Below are positions 31,844 to 41,238 of a stretch of DNA of 64,000 bases, piece by piece. How positions within the stretch are numbered: position 1 is the stretch's first letter; every line of letters starts with the position of its first letter. The position numbers and the translations under genes were made by a program. The stretch is from a virus (Duplodnaviria > Caudoviricetes), in the IMG/VR virus record IMGVR_UViG_3300033463_000042, positions 32,001 through 96,000 of that record; one strand, given 5' to 3'. The notes beneath the pieces were generated by a model, which was given only the letters and a program-made list of their open reading frames with translations, was not told the origin of the DNA and ran no database searches.

Positions 31844-32005
31844 TTATTTGGTTGGAATATTAGTAACAGGGTTCAATGTTCTGTTACCATCCTCTTTTGC
31901 CGCATTGGTAACATATACACCTTTAACGGATACAACTTTTCTGTTTCCATTTGCATCTTTGAATACAAACAGAACTTTCTTAGCCCTACTAATTTCGTGA
32001 ATCAT
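31844..32005 (-). CDS. 53-aa protein absent from the ORF track, homolog of the N-terminus of 22013-22549
   Basis: MIHEISRAKKVLFVFKDANGNRKVVSVKGVYVT vs MSDVISYAKEVYYRFRDDQGTAKVVPIRGMYVT; TAATG coupling, GAGGGGG upstream. Confidence 0.75.
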   Translation of the reverse strand: MIHEISRAKKVLFVFKDANGNRKVVSVKGVYVTNAAKEDGNRTLNPVTNIPTK

Positions 32006-35000
32006 TAGATGTATACCCCCTCATCGTTTGGTAATGTAAATGAATGATTAATGAGCTTTCTATAGTCAGTCTCAAGATAATCTTCCGTTGCAAATATACG
32101 ATCATTCAGATTAAGTGTTGTAGTAAATTGTTTATAAAGATATCCTGGATGGATATGTAAACCCACGTCGTCAACTGTAATAAATCTTGGATTGTATGAT
32201 GTTCCTACAGGAAGGTTTTCTGCGTTTGTTCTGACATGAACATAGCTATTGGTTTCACCAACACGATACTTTGAATACATACTTGCATTTGTTACAAACA
32301 AATTCTTTGAAGCATGGAAAAAATAATCATCAAAACATACAGGACGATGCATGTCTGTTTGAGAACCAAGAGCACTTTCTGCTTCCGGTAATGTAAGAGA
32401 CAGCCACCTGTTCTCTGTGATGTTGTATGTATACAATACATCTGAATCGGCAAATGTGAGATATATACAATTATCAGAACATATGATACTCTTTGGATAC
32501 AATGTGCCAAGTTGGCTTCCGTCGGGTATCAATATATCAGATACACGTGTAGGTATATTATTAGAATTATCTTCATAAACATACACATGACCTGGCTCAG
32601 TTATATAGAATTTTCCATCATTGTATGTACAACAATGGTATTCTTCTGCAAATGTTATGCCATGATTTGCAACATACGCAAATGTCTCGCGATTATGTAT
32701 ACGACATGTTGTCGATAAGCTATCACTGAATGACATTATCGAATATTTTCCAACAGCAAATGAAGATACCTCAGGTACCTCAAGAGTAGCTCCAAGAGGT
32801 TTATACTCCCAAGTATGTTCATCAACATCAAACAGCATGAAACCATTCATAGAACAGAATATTCTCCTATTGTCATCATACCAGTATGACTGACCACATC
32901 CACTTGCATAGTAATTTGGACTTGTACCAAGAGCATTGGAGCTGTATGCAATAGGAGCTACATATGAATCCATTGGAGCTTCAAGTATTTTTATGTATTG
33001 TGAAGTAGTGTATGAGTATGAATTTGACAAATAGACATTTTCATTCTTTATGAATATGCTACCTCCTACAGCACCATCAGCTGAAATACTAGCCGGAGTT
33101 ATATCATCCCTAATTACCTCTGATTGATTTGTAAATAAATTGTATTTTTCAATACGTATTTTTGTTCCAAGCATCAATGTATAATAAATACATCTACCAT
33201 ATTCACATGCAGATGAACATACAACTGTAGATATCTCGGTCTTACCATCAGGCATTGTATCAGACGCTAAAGGTTTATTATCGAATGGAATTGGTGATGA
33301 TACTTCTGATGTATACAGATCAACATCTTCGATAGTTTTCTTTGGAGGATTATATTCATATCCTTTACCAGATTTATATTTAACTCTATACTGAGCCATA
33401 TATAAAACTGAATCCTTTTCGGGAATATCTGTTAAATCGAAAGCCACATTAGCACTGATTGTTGAATTTGTAAATGTATGTGTTTCAGTTACAGATGCAT
33501 TTTCATCAAGAGTTGCATCAAGAACGCATCTTTTAACCTCGGACACATGTTCGGCTGTTTTACTGAATGTGATGTGTTGAGTTGTTGGGATGACTTTTGT
33601 ATACACTCCAGATATGCCTGTTGCAAATGAATCGCATACACAGAGTTTATATGGGAAACTCAAACCATCATCCGAGATTATTACATCTATAGGAACGCCA
33701 TAATCCATGAACTCTTGGATTGTTATTATCTCACCAGACAGAGTAATTGAATACCAGGAATCGGATGATTCATCGTATGCTTTATAACCATCTTTGTCCT
33801 TTGCAAGAACTGATAAAACCTGTATCGGTGCAGGTCCTTCTTCAACAACTTCGAATTCAATCCATGTTTTGCCTTGCGTTGTATTACCACCGGTTGTAAG
33901 TACAGGATCACGCATCCAGAATCTTTCATCAGGAATATATCCATCTGGTTTATATGAGCTTGAGGTCAATACATATCCAGATCCACCTGAACCACCTTTG
34001 TTGGTATCACTATTAATGCCACCTGTTGTTGCATATCCGCCATACCATCCGTTGCCTCCAGCACCAAGATATTTACCAGTTGACATGTTGTATGAACCTA
34101 TACCGCCTATACCAAAACCAAATCCTGAATCTTGAGTACCAGGACCTTTATTTGTACCATCCGATGCACTACCTTTACATGCTTCACCAGAAAGGCCGCC
34201 ACCATTTCCGCCTCGACCGTCCGGTCCACCTTGTGCTCCACCAGCTCCAGCTACCATGATACGTGAATTTCTTGATGCAAGTTCATTGCTATATGAATAA
34301 GTCTCAGATGTCTTTGGTTCTACTACAGCACCTGCTATGAAATTATTTCCAGAATCTGCACGTATTGCATAAACTCTGTTCATCAAATCATAGAACTTCG
34401 GTCCTGTTTCATCTTCTGCATTTGAGCATGGTACAAAGTGTCTGAATAATGCGCCCGAAGAATGATTTATTAATTTATATGAGTATATTCTAGCTATAGT
34501 GTTTGCACCCATTGGATCTGTACCGGATGATGCACCGGCAGGCCAACCTCTCGTACAATCAAACCATAATAACTCAGTTGATGTGCCACTAGGTCTCGAA
34601 GAACTTGATGTAATTGAACCGAGTAAATTATCTTCCATATCATACCATGATAAAACTTTGCCAACAATGGTAATCTTAATCTTTTGATTATATGGCATTA
34701 ATAATGAACTCTTATCCAATTTAGATCCACATAAGAATGCTACACCAGGATTGCTAACATCCCATACAGGAAATACAGCTAAAGCATTACTATAACTTGA
34801 TGCATTAGGAACTGTACCTCCCCATGTACCAAATATACATTCTCTGACTCCTGTTGGTTCGAGTAACTCACATACACATTCAATATCATATGTAGAAGAT
34901 ACTGTACCTTTTGTATCGAGGAAATAGTTTGTACCATCAGACTGAAGGTATTGAACTTCGTCCGTACCATCGGGAACAGTTATTGTTCTGGTAATAGTTC

Positions 35001-37212
35001 CGCCGGGTTCTGTTCTAATGGATGTTTCTCCTCCACCGCCGATAACTGCCGCCTGTGTTTCAGGATTCGGTGCATTAGGTAAACCTGTTATGGGTCCGGT
35101 AGCACCAAATCTAGCTTCTCCTGCTGGTCCAAAGATATCTAACAACTCATCTCTCGCAGATACCGCAGTTGCCATTAGATAAGCACTACAACCAACATGG
35201 AAGTACAAAGGTGTGGTCTGTTGTAAATCAAGAATACCTTCCGCATATCCACCCTTTGACGCAATGACCTGTTTATATCGTGCTCCTCCGCCGCCACCAT
35301 AACATTTAAACTTGTACGATGAAGGAATCATGGTATACGTTTGCGGTGTACCAGTAAATGGAACAATAACTGTATCACCCATTACAGGTCGTTGCCGAGC
35401 TCTCTTGTATATCTTAAGAGATGGGCCATCAAATGCTTGATACGGTAACATCAAACCATTTCTGAAATACAATGTTGGAATGATATCTTCGAAACCATCC
35501 ATATATCCTTCTGGTTTATATGAATCTTCAGTAAGAATGTATGAGGAACCACCCGTTCCGCCGTATGAGGTCCAGATTGATGAATAACGTTTATTGAATA
35601 CGGAGTATCCTCCATACCAACCTCCGCCACCTCCTCCTTGTCCAGAAGCAGTGCCTTGAGTTGAATTGGGATCCGGATCTCTATCTTCAGCACTTTGACC
35701 CTTGCCGTATTCATAACCAGAGTCTTGGGTGGCTCGTAAACCACCATTGTTGTTTGATGTTATATCCGGACCTGCAATAGTACCACCGGTTTTACCACCA
35801 CCCCATGACATAAAGTCTTGTTTGACGTCACTGTTATAATCAAACGATGTACCACCGCCACCTCCAGCAACAAAGATTCTGGAGGATACACCACGAACAA
35901 TTTGTTTCAATCGTTTATGATGTGATGCTAACTGATCAGGACCAACTTGAGGACCTCTAATAAACCAGAAGGGACTTTCTTCACTGGAATTAGATGGAAG
36001 CCAGTCATCAGGATATGGATAATAGACTCTTGGTGCAGATGACGATGTATCATGACATATTTTTTTAGCTTGGTGAAATGTTTCTGTGACAAGGTCATAC
36101 ATACCTCGTCTGTATATATAATAATATGCACCTTTTGATGTGTTGTTTGTTGCAACAGGAACCATCCAATGAATAAGCTCATCATTTTCCCATATTTTTA
36201 TTTCATATAATCGCATACGTGCACTGCGGAGATTCAATGCTCCTACCTCTATATCTGGCAGATCACTTCCATATGCAGAATTACACACATGTCGATTAAA
36301 AACGAAGAACGAATGGGTATCCGGAGAATCTGATCTAGTAGGATCGCCTTCAGTTAAAACTACCTCTTGATCATTGATAGTAAACCTATTGCCGGATATT
36401 CTAAAAGTTACAATCTGATTCTTTGGGAATCCCGTTGTAGGGAAATCTGCTAGATTGGAATCTCCACCATGACCACTAACACCGCAATGATAACTCATGA
36501 CAAAATATCCAGATGAACCTTCAGACTGAAACCACAACTTATCACTTTGGCTACTAGTTACACCAAAATAGTTTTGGAGTGCAGGTGTTGGTGTTTCAAG
36601 AGGACTATCGTTTCTATCAATTCGAACTGTCATCTCAATAACACTATTTGATTTTATGGCATAACCAGTGTCTATGTACGCACCCGTTAAAATATGGCTT
36701 GGTTGTGGAGTCCTCGTTGGATCAAATATTATCCATGGGTCTTCTGTATCGGCCCATGAGGTTGAAATATATTCAACCTGAACAAGATCTTCTTCTGGAG
36801 GAACAGTTACATCCTCTTCGATATATTCTGTAACTTGTGAACTTAAACGGACATCGGTGGCACCACCGCCACCACAACCATTCGCTTGGTTGCTGTCACG
36901 TGATGAAGATAGACCTCCATCACCACCACCATTATATCCTCCTAATGCACGAGTCGTTCCAAAGGTAGAATCTCCACCATTGCCGCCGACATTTGCGTAG
37001 AATTGTTGTGTATGGTCAAGATCAAGTATACCGTATGCTCTACCACCATAAGAAACAAACTTATTCCCCGAACTGCGGAATCTACCACCAGTTGCACCAT
37101 CGGCTATGAATAAATATGTATCAGGTTGAAGTGTGAATGGATCAAGGCTACCCTTATATTCAAAATTTAAATATGGCTCCCATAGCTCATTATTATAGAG
37201 CAAATATTTCAT
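32005..37212 (-). CDS. Giant tail fibre/spike, paralog of 25336-31056
   Basis: 1735 aa; MKYLLYNNELWEPY..FTLQPDTYLF N-terminus and domain order shared with paralog. Confidence 0.7.
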   Translation of the reverse strand: MKYLLYNNELWEPYLNFEYKGSLDPFTLQPDTYLFIADGATGGRFRSSGNKFVSYGGRAYGILDLDHTQQFYANVGGNGGDSTFGTTRALGGYNGGGDGGLSSSRDSNQANGCGGGGATDVRLSSQVTEYIEEDVTVPPEEDLVQVEYISTSWADTEDPWIIFDPTRTPQPSHILTGAYIDTGYAIKSNSVIEMTVRIDRNDSPLETPTPALQNYFGVTSSQSDKLWFQSEGSSGYFVMSYHCGVSGHGGDSNLADFPTTGFPKNQIVTFRISGNRFTINDQEVVLTEGDPTRSDSPDTHSFFVFNRHVCNSAYGSDLPDIEVGALNLRSARMRLYEIKIWENDELIHWMVPVATNNTSKGAYYYIYRRGMYDLVTETFHQAKKICHDTSSSAPRVYYPYPDDWLPSNSSEESPFWFIRGPQVGPDQLASHHKRLKQIVRGVSSRIFVAGGGGGTSFDYNSDVKQDFMSWGGGKTGGTIAGPDITSNNNGGLRATQDSGYEYGKGQSAEDRDPDPNSTQGTASGQGGGGGGWYGGYSVFNKRYSSIWTSYGGTGGSSYILTEDSYKPEGYMDGFEDIIPTLYFRNGLMLPYQAFDGPSLKIYKRARQRPVMGDTVIVPFTGTPQTYTMIPSSYKFKCYGGGGGARYKQVIASKGGYAEGILDLQQTTPLYFHVGCSAYLMATAVSARDELLDIFGPAGEARFGATGPITGLPNAPNPETQAAVIGGGGETSIRTEPGGTITRTITVPDGTDEVQYLQSDGTNYFLDTKGTVSSTYDIECVCELLEPTGVRECIFGTWGGTVPNASSYSNALAVFPVWDVSNPGVAFLCGSKLDKSSLLMPYNQKIKITIVGKVLSWYDMEDNLLGSITSSSSRPSGTSTELLWFDCTRGWPAGASSGTDPMGANTIARIYSYKLINHSSGALFRHFVPCSNAEDETGPKFYDLMNRVYAIRADSGNNFIAGAVVEPKTSETYSYSNELASRNSRIMVAGAGGAQGGPDGRGGNGGGLSGEACKGSASDGTNKGPGTQDSGFGFGIGGIGSYNMSTGKYLGAGGNGWYGGYATTGGINSDTNKGGSGGSGYVLTSSSYKPDGYIPDERFWMRDPVLTTGGNTTQGKTWIEFEVVEEGPAPIQVLSVLAKDKDGYKAYDESSDSWYSITLSGEIITIQEFMDYGVPIDVIISDDGLSFPYKLCVCDSFATGISGVYTKVIPTTQHITFSKTAEHVSEVKRCVLDATLDENASVTETHTFTNSTISANVAFDLTDIPEKDSVLYMAQYRVKYKSGKGYEYNPPKKTIEDVDLYTSEVSSPIPFDNKPLASDTMPDGKTEISTVVCSSACEYGRCIYYTLMLGTKIRIEKYNLFTNQSEVIRDDITPASISADGAVGGSIFIKNENVYLSNSYSYTTSQYIKILEAPMDSYVAPIAYSSNALGTSPNYYASGCGQSYWYDDNRRIFCSMNGFMLFDVDEHTWEYKPLGATLEVPEVSSFAVGKYSIMSFSDSLSTTCRIHNRETFAYVANHGITFAEEYHCCTYNDGKFYITEPGHVYVYEDNSNNIPTRVSDILIPDGSQLGTLYPKSIICSDNCIYLTFADSDVLYTYNITENRWLSLTLPEAESALGSQTDMHRPVCFDDYFFHASKNLFVTNASMYSKYRVGETNSYVHVRTNAENLPVGTSYNPRFITVDDVGLHIHPGYLYKQFTTTLNLNDRIFATEDYLETDYRKLINHSFTLPNDEGVYI

Positions 37213-37223
37213 ATTTAATCACC

Positions 37224-37979
37224 TCATCTGTTATTGTCGTTTAATACCAAACCTGCATATGGGGTATCATTAGGATCATATTCTACAACAACAACGTTTT
37301 CAGGGAGATCATTTATTTCAGCCTGCGTTGGTGGATGATCGAATACAACAAGACGACTATCCGAACCAAGAAGCTGAAGTTTCTCATGTTCAACATCAAT
37401 CTCAATTGTCTCAGATGTATAGTTTTCTGTAACGACATATGATGTTAATGTCTCGGAATCAATAACGGTTTGATATTTTATGTATTCCATTCCTGGCTGA
37501 TATTCAGTAATAGTACTAGGACTACCACCGCCTCCAGCGACATTAACAATGACGCGACTATATCCATCAGCCCCATCATCAGAAGCAAGATATGTGCCAT
37601 TCTCAGTGATAGTCTTTTCTGTTAGAACGGCACTGCCACCGCCGAGATTAAGTTGCTCCAATAGATTTGCCATTGTATGTATCAACTGTCTTTGTGCATA
37701 TACGGCATTCAATAAGTCATTGAAAACTGGTTCAAATTCTGTTGTTGTAAAATCGGAATTTTCTCCTGTACTACCACCACGTTGTTGTTCATCTATCCAT
37801 TGTTGAATTCTTGCATTGATTCGTGCAAGATCGATGTTTATATTTTCAAGATTAGGTGTCATATTTCCACCTATCATTGTATCACATTTATCAACAACGA
37901 ATTCCCAAGGAATAAGAGATACACTATCGTCATCCTCAAGATCGATGATAACTGGCTGCTTAGGATCACGTGCTGCCAT
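37224..37979 (-). CDS. Fibre-operon protein (fused equivalent of 31548-31754 plus 31089-31535)
   Basis: 251 aa; extra internal EKTITENGTYLASDDGADGYSRVIVNV segment. Confidence 0.7.
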   Translation of the reverse strand: MAARDPKQPVIIDLEDDDSVSLIPWEFVVDKCDTMIGGNMTPNLENINIDLARINARIQQWIDEQQRGGSTGENSDFTTTEFEPVFNDLLNAVYAQRQLIHTMANLLEQLNLGGGSAVLTEKTITENGTYLASDDGADGYSRVIVNVAGGGGSPSTITEYQPGMEYIKYQTVIDSETLTSYVVTENYTSETIEIDVEHEKLQLLGSDSRLVVFDHPPTQAEINDLPENVVVVEYDPNDTPYAGLVLNDNNR

Positions 37980-38006
37980 ATTAACAGCTCCTTTCTTTTA
38001 TTAGGT

Positions 38007-38018
38007 TATGAAAGCGTT
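38007..38018 (-). promoter_or_regulatory. Late-type promoter motif AACGctttcaTA
   Basis: Duplicate of 31778-31789; heads the fibre operon. Confidence 0.6.
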
Positions 38019-38053
38019 CAATGCCCCTAATAAAACAAAAAAAAGAATAATCG

Positions 38054-38075
38054 TTGAGGGCATGTACGCCCTCAA
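38054..38075 (-). terminator. Intrinsic terminator
   Basis: TTGAGGGC-ATGTAC-GCCCTCAA with long U-tract on the minus strand. Confidence 0.75.
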
Positions 38076-38194
38076 TTATATTCTTTAAACCTTTTTCATC
38101 CACCTTGCCTACGGTGACCTTACCAACACTCAACAACTTGTGCGTTGCCTTATGTTGGCTTATTAATGTTTATATTTGATTGTAGATTTTGTGT

Positions 38195-39001
38195 TTAGAA
38201 CACGCGTGTTGAGTAGTCCTCACATGAGTGCACATCATGCAAGATATATCTACTCTTCAGTATACTGCAGTCGTAAACGCGTCCCGAAGGATACATTGCA
38301 TTTACTTCTTTAACAGTCAGATTTTCAGGTATAGGTCTAGCTTTCTTCAAGCATATATGATAACCTAACCTGTCTACAAAACAATGCTTGCAAGTAAAGC
38401 ACTGCTTCTTTACAATTCCTCTGATGAGTGGTACGGACCCGAGCTCATCAGAGGAAATCTCGGATTCAATTTTATCTTTGTTTAATGTTTCCTCGGCTTT
38501 ACGAACACGACGGAATTCATCGGCCGTCTTCTCTATAACCTCGGTAAACAAGGATTGCACTCCGCGGTATCCACCGAAACACCTTACAAAGTGCTTTATA
38601 GATTCCTTGTCTAACTCCGTAATCGGAATTAAAGGAACCCTGTGATACTTCAATGTTGCCATTAAAGCATCTTGTGTATATCGTATGATTTGTTCTGGAT
38701 TGTAACCAACAACCCAGAAGTTATTTTTGATCTCATCAAGGTCCATGCTTGTCAGCTTTTTCACTGATTTAACTAGAGCCTTAACGACTCTTTTACCTGG
38801 AAGGCCCAGGGAGCTTATGAATGTGACAATGTGGTCGAGATCATCTTCTCCCATTGTGAAAGTAATGGGAGTTCTTATTTGGAACCCAGTGTTATTCACC
38901 AGGTTAATCGTCATAAAGTTTCTCGGGATGTTATCTATTCTAACCCCGAGTTTCTCAATGAATCTTATATTCTGTTCTTTTGTTCTGCTTCTTTCTGACA
39001 T
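38195..39001 (-). CDS. Hypothetical early protein with C-terminal Cys cluster
   Basis: 268 aa, SD AAGGAG; CFTCKHC..HIC..C..C; own early-type promoter. Confidence 0.6.
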   Translation of the reverse strand: MSERSRTKEQNIRFIEKLGVRIDNIPRNFMTINLVNNTGFQIRTPITFTMGEDDLDHIVTFISSLGLPGKRVVKALVKSVKKLTSMDLDEIKNNFWVVGYNPEQIIRYTQDALMATLKYHRVPLIPITELDKESIKHFVRCFGGYRGVQSLFTEVIEKTADEFRRVRKAEETLNKDKIESEISSDELGSVPLIRGIVKKQCFTCKHCFVDRLGYHICLKKARPIPENLTVKEVNAMYPSGRVYDCSILKSRYILHDVHSCEDYSTRVF

Positions 39002-39061
39002 ATTCTTTTACTCCTTGTATTTATTTTTAATACGGACAAATGTGTTTGTTTTTCTTGTCCG

Positions 39062-39079
39062 TATTAATAATATATATTT
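39062..39079 (-). promoter_or_regulatory. Early-type promoter motif AAATATATATTATT
   Basis: Motif recurs at 40803(-), 46984, 47779 and 48096. Confidence 0.65.
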
Positions 39080-39103
39080 GGAGATTAAATATATCAGTTA
39101 GAA

Positions 39104-39331
39104 TCAGTCGTTGTTAGAGATTGTATCTTCAGAAAAGTCCTGAACATCTTCAGGTGCATTGAGGTTTACATCGATATCTATATCGCCCTCGTCATTGCCG
39201 AAGAATTCATCATAGTCATCGTCATCGTCGTCATCCTGATCAAGTATATCATTCTTGGTCTTGTTTGCTACGAGAGCAACAACTACTGCGATTGCAGCAA
39301 CGATAAGGGATGCAATAAGGGTCTTTTTCAT
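39104..39331 (-). CDS. Small membrane-anchored acidic protein
   Basis: 75 aa; MKK, hydrophobic helix, Asp-rich tail; SD AGGAGG. Confidence 0.65.
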   Translation of the reverse strand: MKKTLIASLIVAAIAVVVALVANKTKNDILDQDDDDDDDYDEFFGNDEGDIDIDVNLNAPEDVQDFSEDTISNND

Positions 39332-39591
39332 AATAAATACCTCCTGATGTATTGACCGAGTTCTATACTCAGTCTGTCGTTGAATTTTTCTATATTTTCT
39401 CGTGTGTCACTATTAAGCCAATAATACTCATCAACTGTGACATCTAACACGAGAGAAATATGCATTTGGGTGTTAGCTGTAAGATCGTACGTTCTATAGT
39501 ATTCGATCACATAGCTGTTTTTGTATTCTTTTATTAAATCATGGGTCTTCGGTGGTCGTTCGTTCAGTTCCACCATTTTCAATACTTTCAT
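39328..39591 (-). CDS. Hypothetical protein
   Basis: 87 aa, SD GAGGGG, overlaps neighbours in the operon. Confidence 0.55.
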   Translation of the reverse strand: MKVLKMVELNERPPKTHDLIKEYKNSYVIEYYRTYDLTANTQMHISLVLDVTVDEYYWLNSDTRENIEKFNDRLSIELGQYIRRYLL

Positions 39592-40771
39592 CGTTTTCCC
39601 CCTCTAATTTCTCGATGAGTTGTTCTATACTATATCCCCGCATAACATCCGTCTGTAATTCAGCGAATGTTATATTCTTGCGTATATTAACAGTTCTGGT
39701 AGGATATTCTTTATAATGAAACATACAGAAATCTCTGAATGTTTCGTTGCAAACACCCTTGATTTCTAACTGTATGTCACACCTACCCGGACGGATAAGT
39801 GCTGGGTCCAATGCATCTTTGTGATTTGTCGTCAAGACATAAATAATATTGTCAGATGCCCAGACACCATCCATGCAATTAAGAATGGAAGATAACTCAC
39901 TCTTTCTCTTTTTATCATCCACTGTGAGGTTATCTATTATAATGCTATTTTTAAATGCGCAATCAACATCTTCAATTGCTAATACAGAGTAACATGAATC
40001 ATCGGGTCTGGTACATAATTCATTTAATGAATCCTCAAGCCATCCGACATCTGCACCGTTGAGTACATTGTATCTAGCGTTAAGATGATCAGCTATTGCT
40101 TGAGTGATGATACTCTTTCCTGTACCAGGTTCACCATACAGAAGTATGCCGAAATGGTATGGAATATTATTATCAATATACCATTGTCTTTTAGCAACAA
40201 AGTCATCCAATGATTTAATGAGTAATTCTTTATCAGCTTTTGGAATAAATATCTCATCGAATGATCTTCTCTTGCGGATTACGATATCTCTAAAACCACC
40301 ACGACCTGGAGTGTTTGCTCTATTGGTTTTATTCCATAAAGTCTTCTGATGTTTATTATTATAAACAAACATTCTTTCGATGAAGTGATTCATATTATCA
40401 AGGAACTTCTTCTGATTAAAAGTCCTTAAGAAATAATTACCGGTTGATGCAGCATTTTTGTTATCAGCATTTGCATCGGGAATCATATCCAGCCATATCG
40501 GTAATCCATGATACAATCTTAATACAGAACGTTTTCTGACCATTACAGAACCACATGATGGATTTTGTTTAATCTGTCGAATGTCTCCATCAATGTTTGA
40601 ATAGTAAACGGTATAACCAACTGATGGGAATATTTCTTCCAATGTTGTAAATCCCCACATCATCGATGTTATGTTTATTGAGAAAAACATATTATCGATA
40701 GAATCATTTATAAAGTTGGAAATAGTATCAATTCCTTTCTTTACAAATAACCCTTTAATCAAGTTCTTCAT
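39539..40771 (-). CDS. AAA+ ATPase, BCS1-like
   Basis: GILLYGEPGTGKS (Walker A), LAIEDVD (Walker B), LSSILNCMDGV, TTNHKDALDPALIRPGRCD (SRH). Confidence 0.85.
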   Translation of the reverse strand: MKNLIKGLFVKKGIDTISNFINDSIDNMFFSINITSMMWGFTTLEEIFPSVGYTVYYSNIDGDIRQIKQNPSCGSVMVRKRSVLRLYHGLPIWLDMIPDANADNKNAASTGNYFLRTFNQKKFLDNMNHFIERMFVYNNKHQKTLWNKTNRANTPGRGGFRDIVIRKRRSFDEIFIPKADKELLIKSLDDFVAKRQWYIDNNIPYHFGILLYGEPGTGKSIITQAIADHLNARYNVLNGADVGWLEDSLNELCTRPDDSCYSVLAIEDVDCAFKNSIIIDNLTVDDKKRKSELSSILNCMDGVWASDNIIYVLTTNHKDALDPALIRPGRCDIQLEIKGVCNETFRDFCMFHYKEYPTRTVNIRKNITFAELQTDVMRGYSIEQLIEKLEGENDESIENGGTERTTTEDP

Positions 40772-40802
40772 TTCTTTTACCTCCGTTATAGTTTATTTAT
40801 CC

Positions 40803-40820
40803 TATTAATAATATATATTA
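40803..40820 (-). promoter_or_regulatory. Early-type promoter motif
   Basis: TAATATATATTATTAATA on the minus strand upstream of the AAA+ gene. Confidence 0.65.
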
Positions 40821-40837
40821 AAAAATAAAGAATAATA

Positions 40838-40858
40838 GATGGGGCGTAAAGCCCCATC
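40838..40858 (-). terminator. Intrinsic terminator
   Basis: GATGGGGC-GTAAA-GCCCCATC followed by U-rich sequence on the minus strand. Confidence 0.75.
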
Positions 40859-40866
40859 GTATATAT

Positions 40867-41238
40867 TCACATTAAGATTTTGATCTTTGCTTTGTACCTT
40901 TCAAACAGATCATTCAGGCATCTGCACCCAGAGGGATAGAACCAGAATAATTTGACAACTGCATCACACTCGAATGGTGCTAAGTTGACAACTGTGTCTG
41001 CTCTTATTGGAATGACATCATCCAACTTAGATACTTCTCCATTCTTGATAAGATCGACGAATCTATCTTCAGTAACGATTCTATCAATGAACTTTATTGA
41101 GTCTCTGTAGATGAATGTTTCTTTTCCTGAGAAGTCGATATAACGTTCTGTCTTCTTAACACACAAGAGTGGATCATATCCTGATTCGCACATGTGTTTA
41201 TAATAAGATCTTAATTCTTCATCTGTCCATTCTTTCAT
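40867..41238 (-). CDS. Hypothetical protein
   Basis: 123 aa, translationally coupled to the upstream gene. Confidence 0.55.
   Translation of the reverse strand: MKEWTDEELRSYYKHMCESGYDPLLCVKKTERYIDFSGKETFIYRDSIKFIDRIVTEDRFVDLIKNGEVSKLDDVIPIRADTVVNLAPFECDAVVKLFWFYPSGCRCLNDLFERYKAKIKILM

Noticed and set aside
31779-32000. 73-aa plus-strand ORF
   Set aside because: Spans a terminator and is antisense to the better-supported 53-aa gene
25336-37212. Eukaryotic ALK/LTK-like or PE-PGRS assignment of the Gly-rich proteins
   Set aside because: Only the generic Gly-rich domain is shared; context is a phage fibre operon
18645-37979. Diversity-generating retroelement or invertible fibre cassette
   Set aside because: No reverse transcriptase, recombinase, TR/VR pair or inverted crossover sites seen; paralogs look anciently diverged
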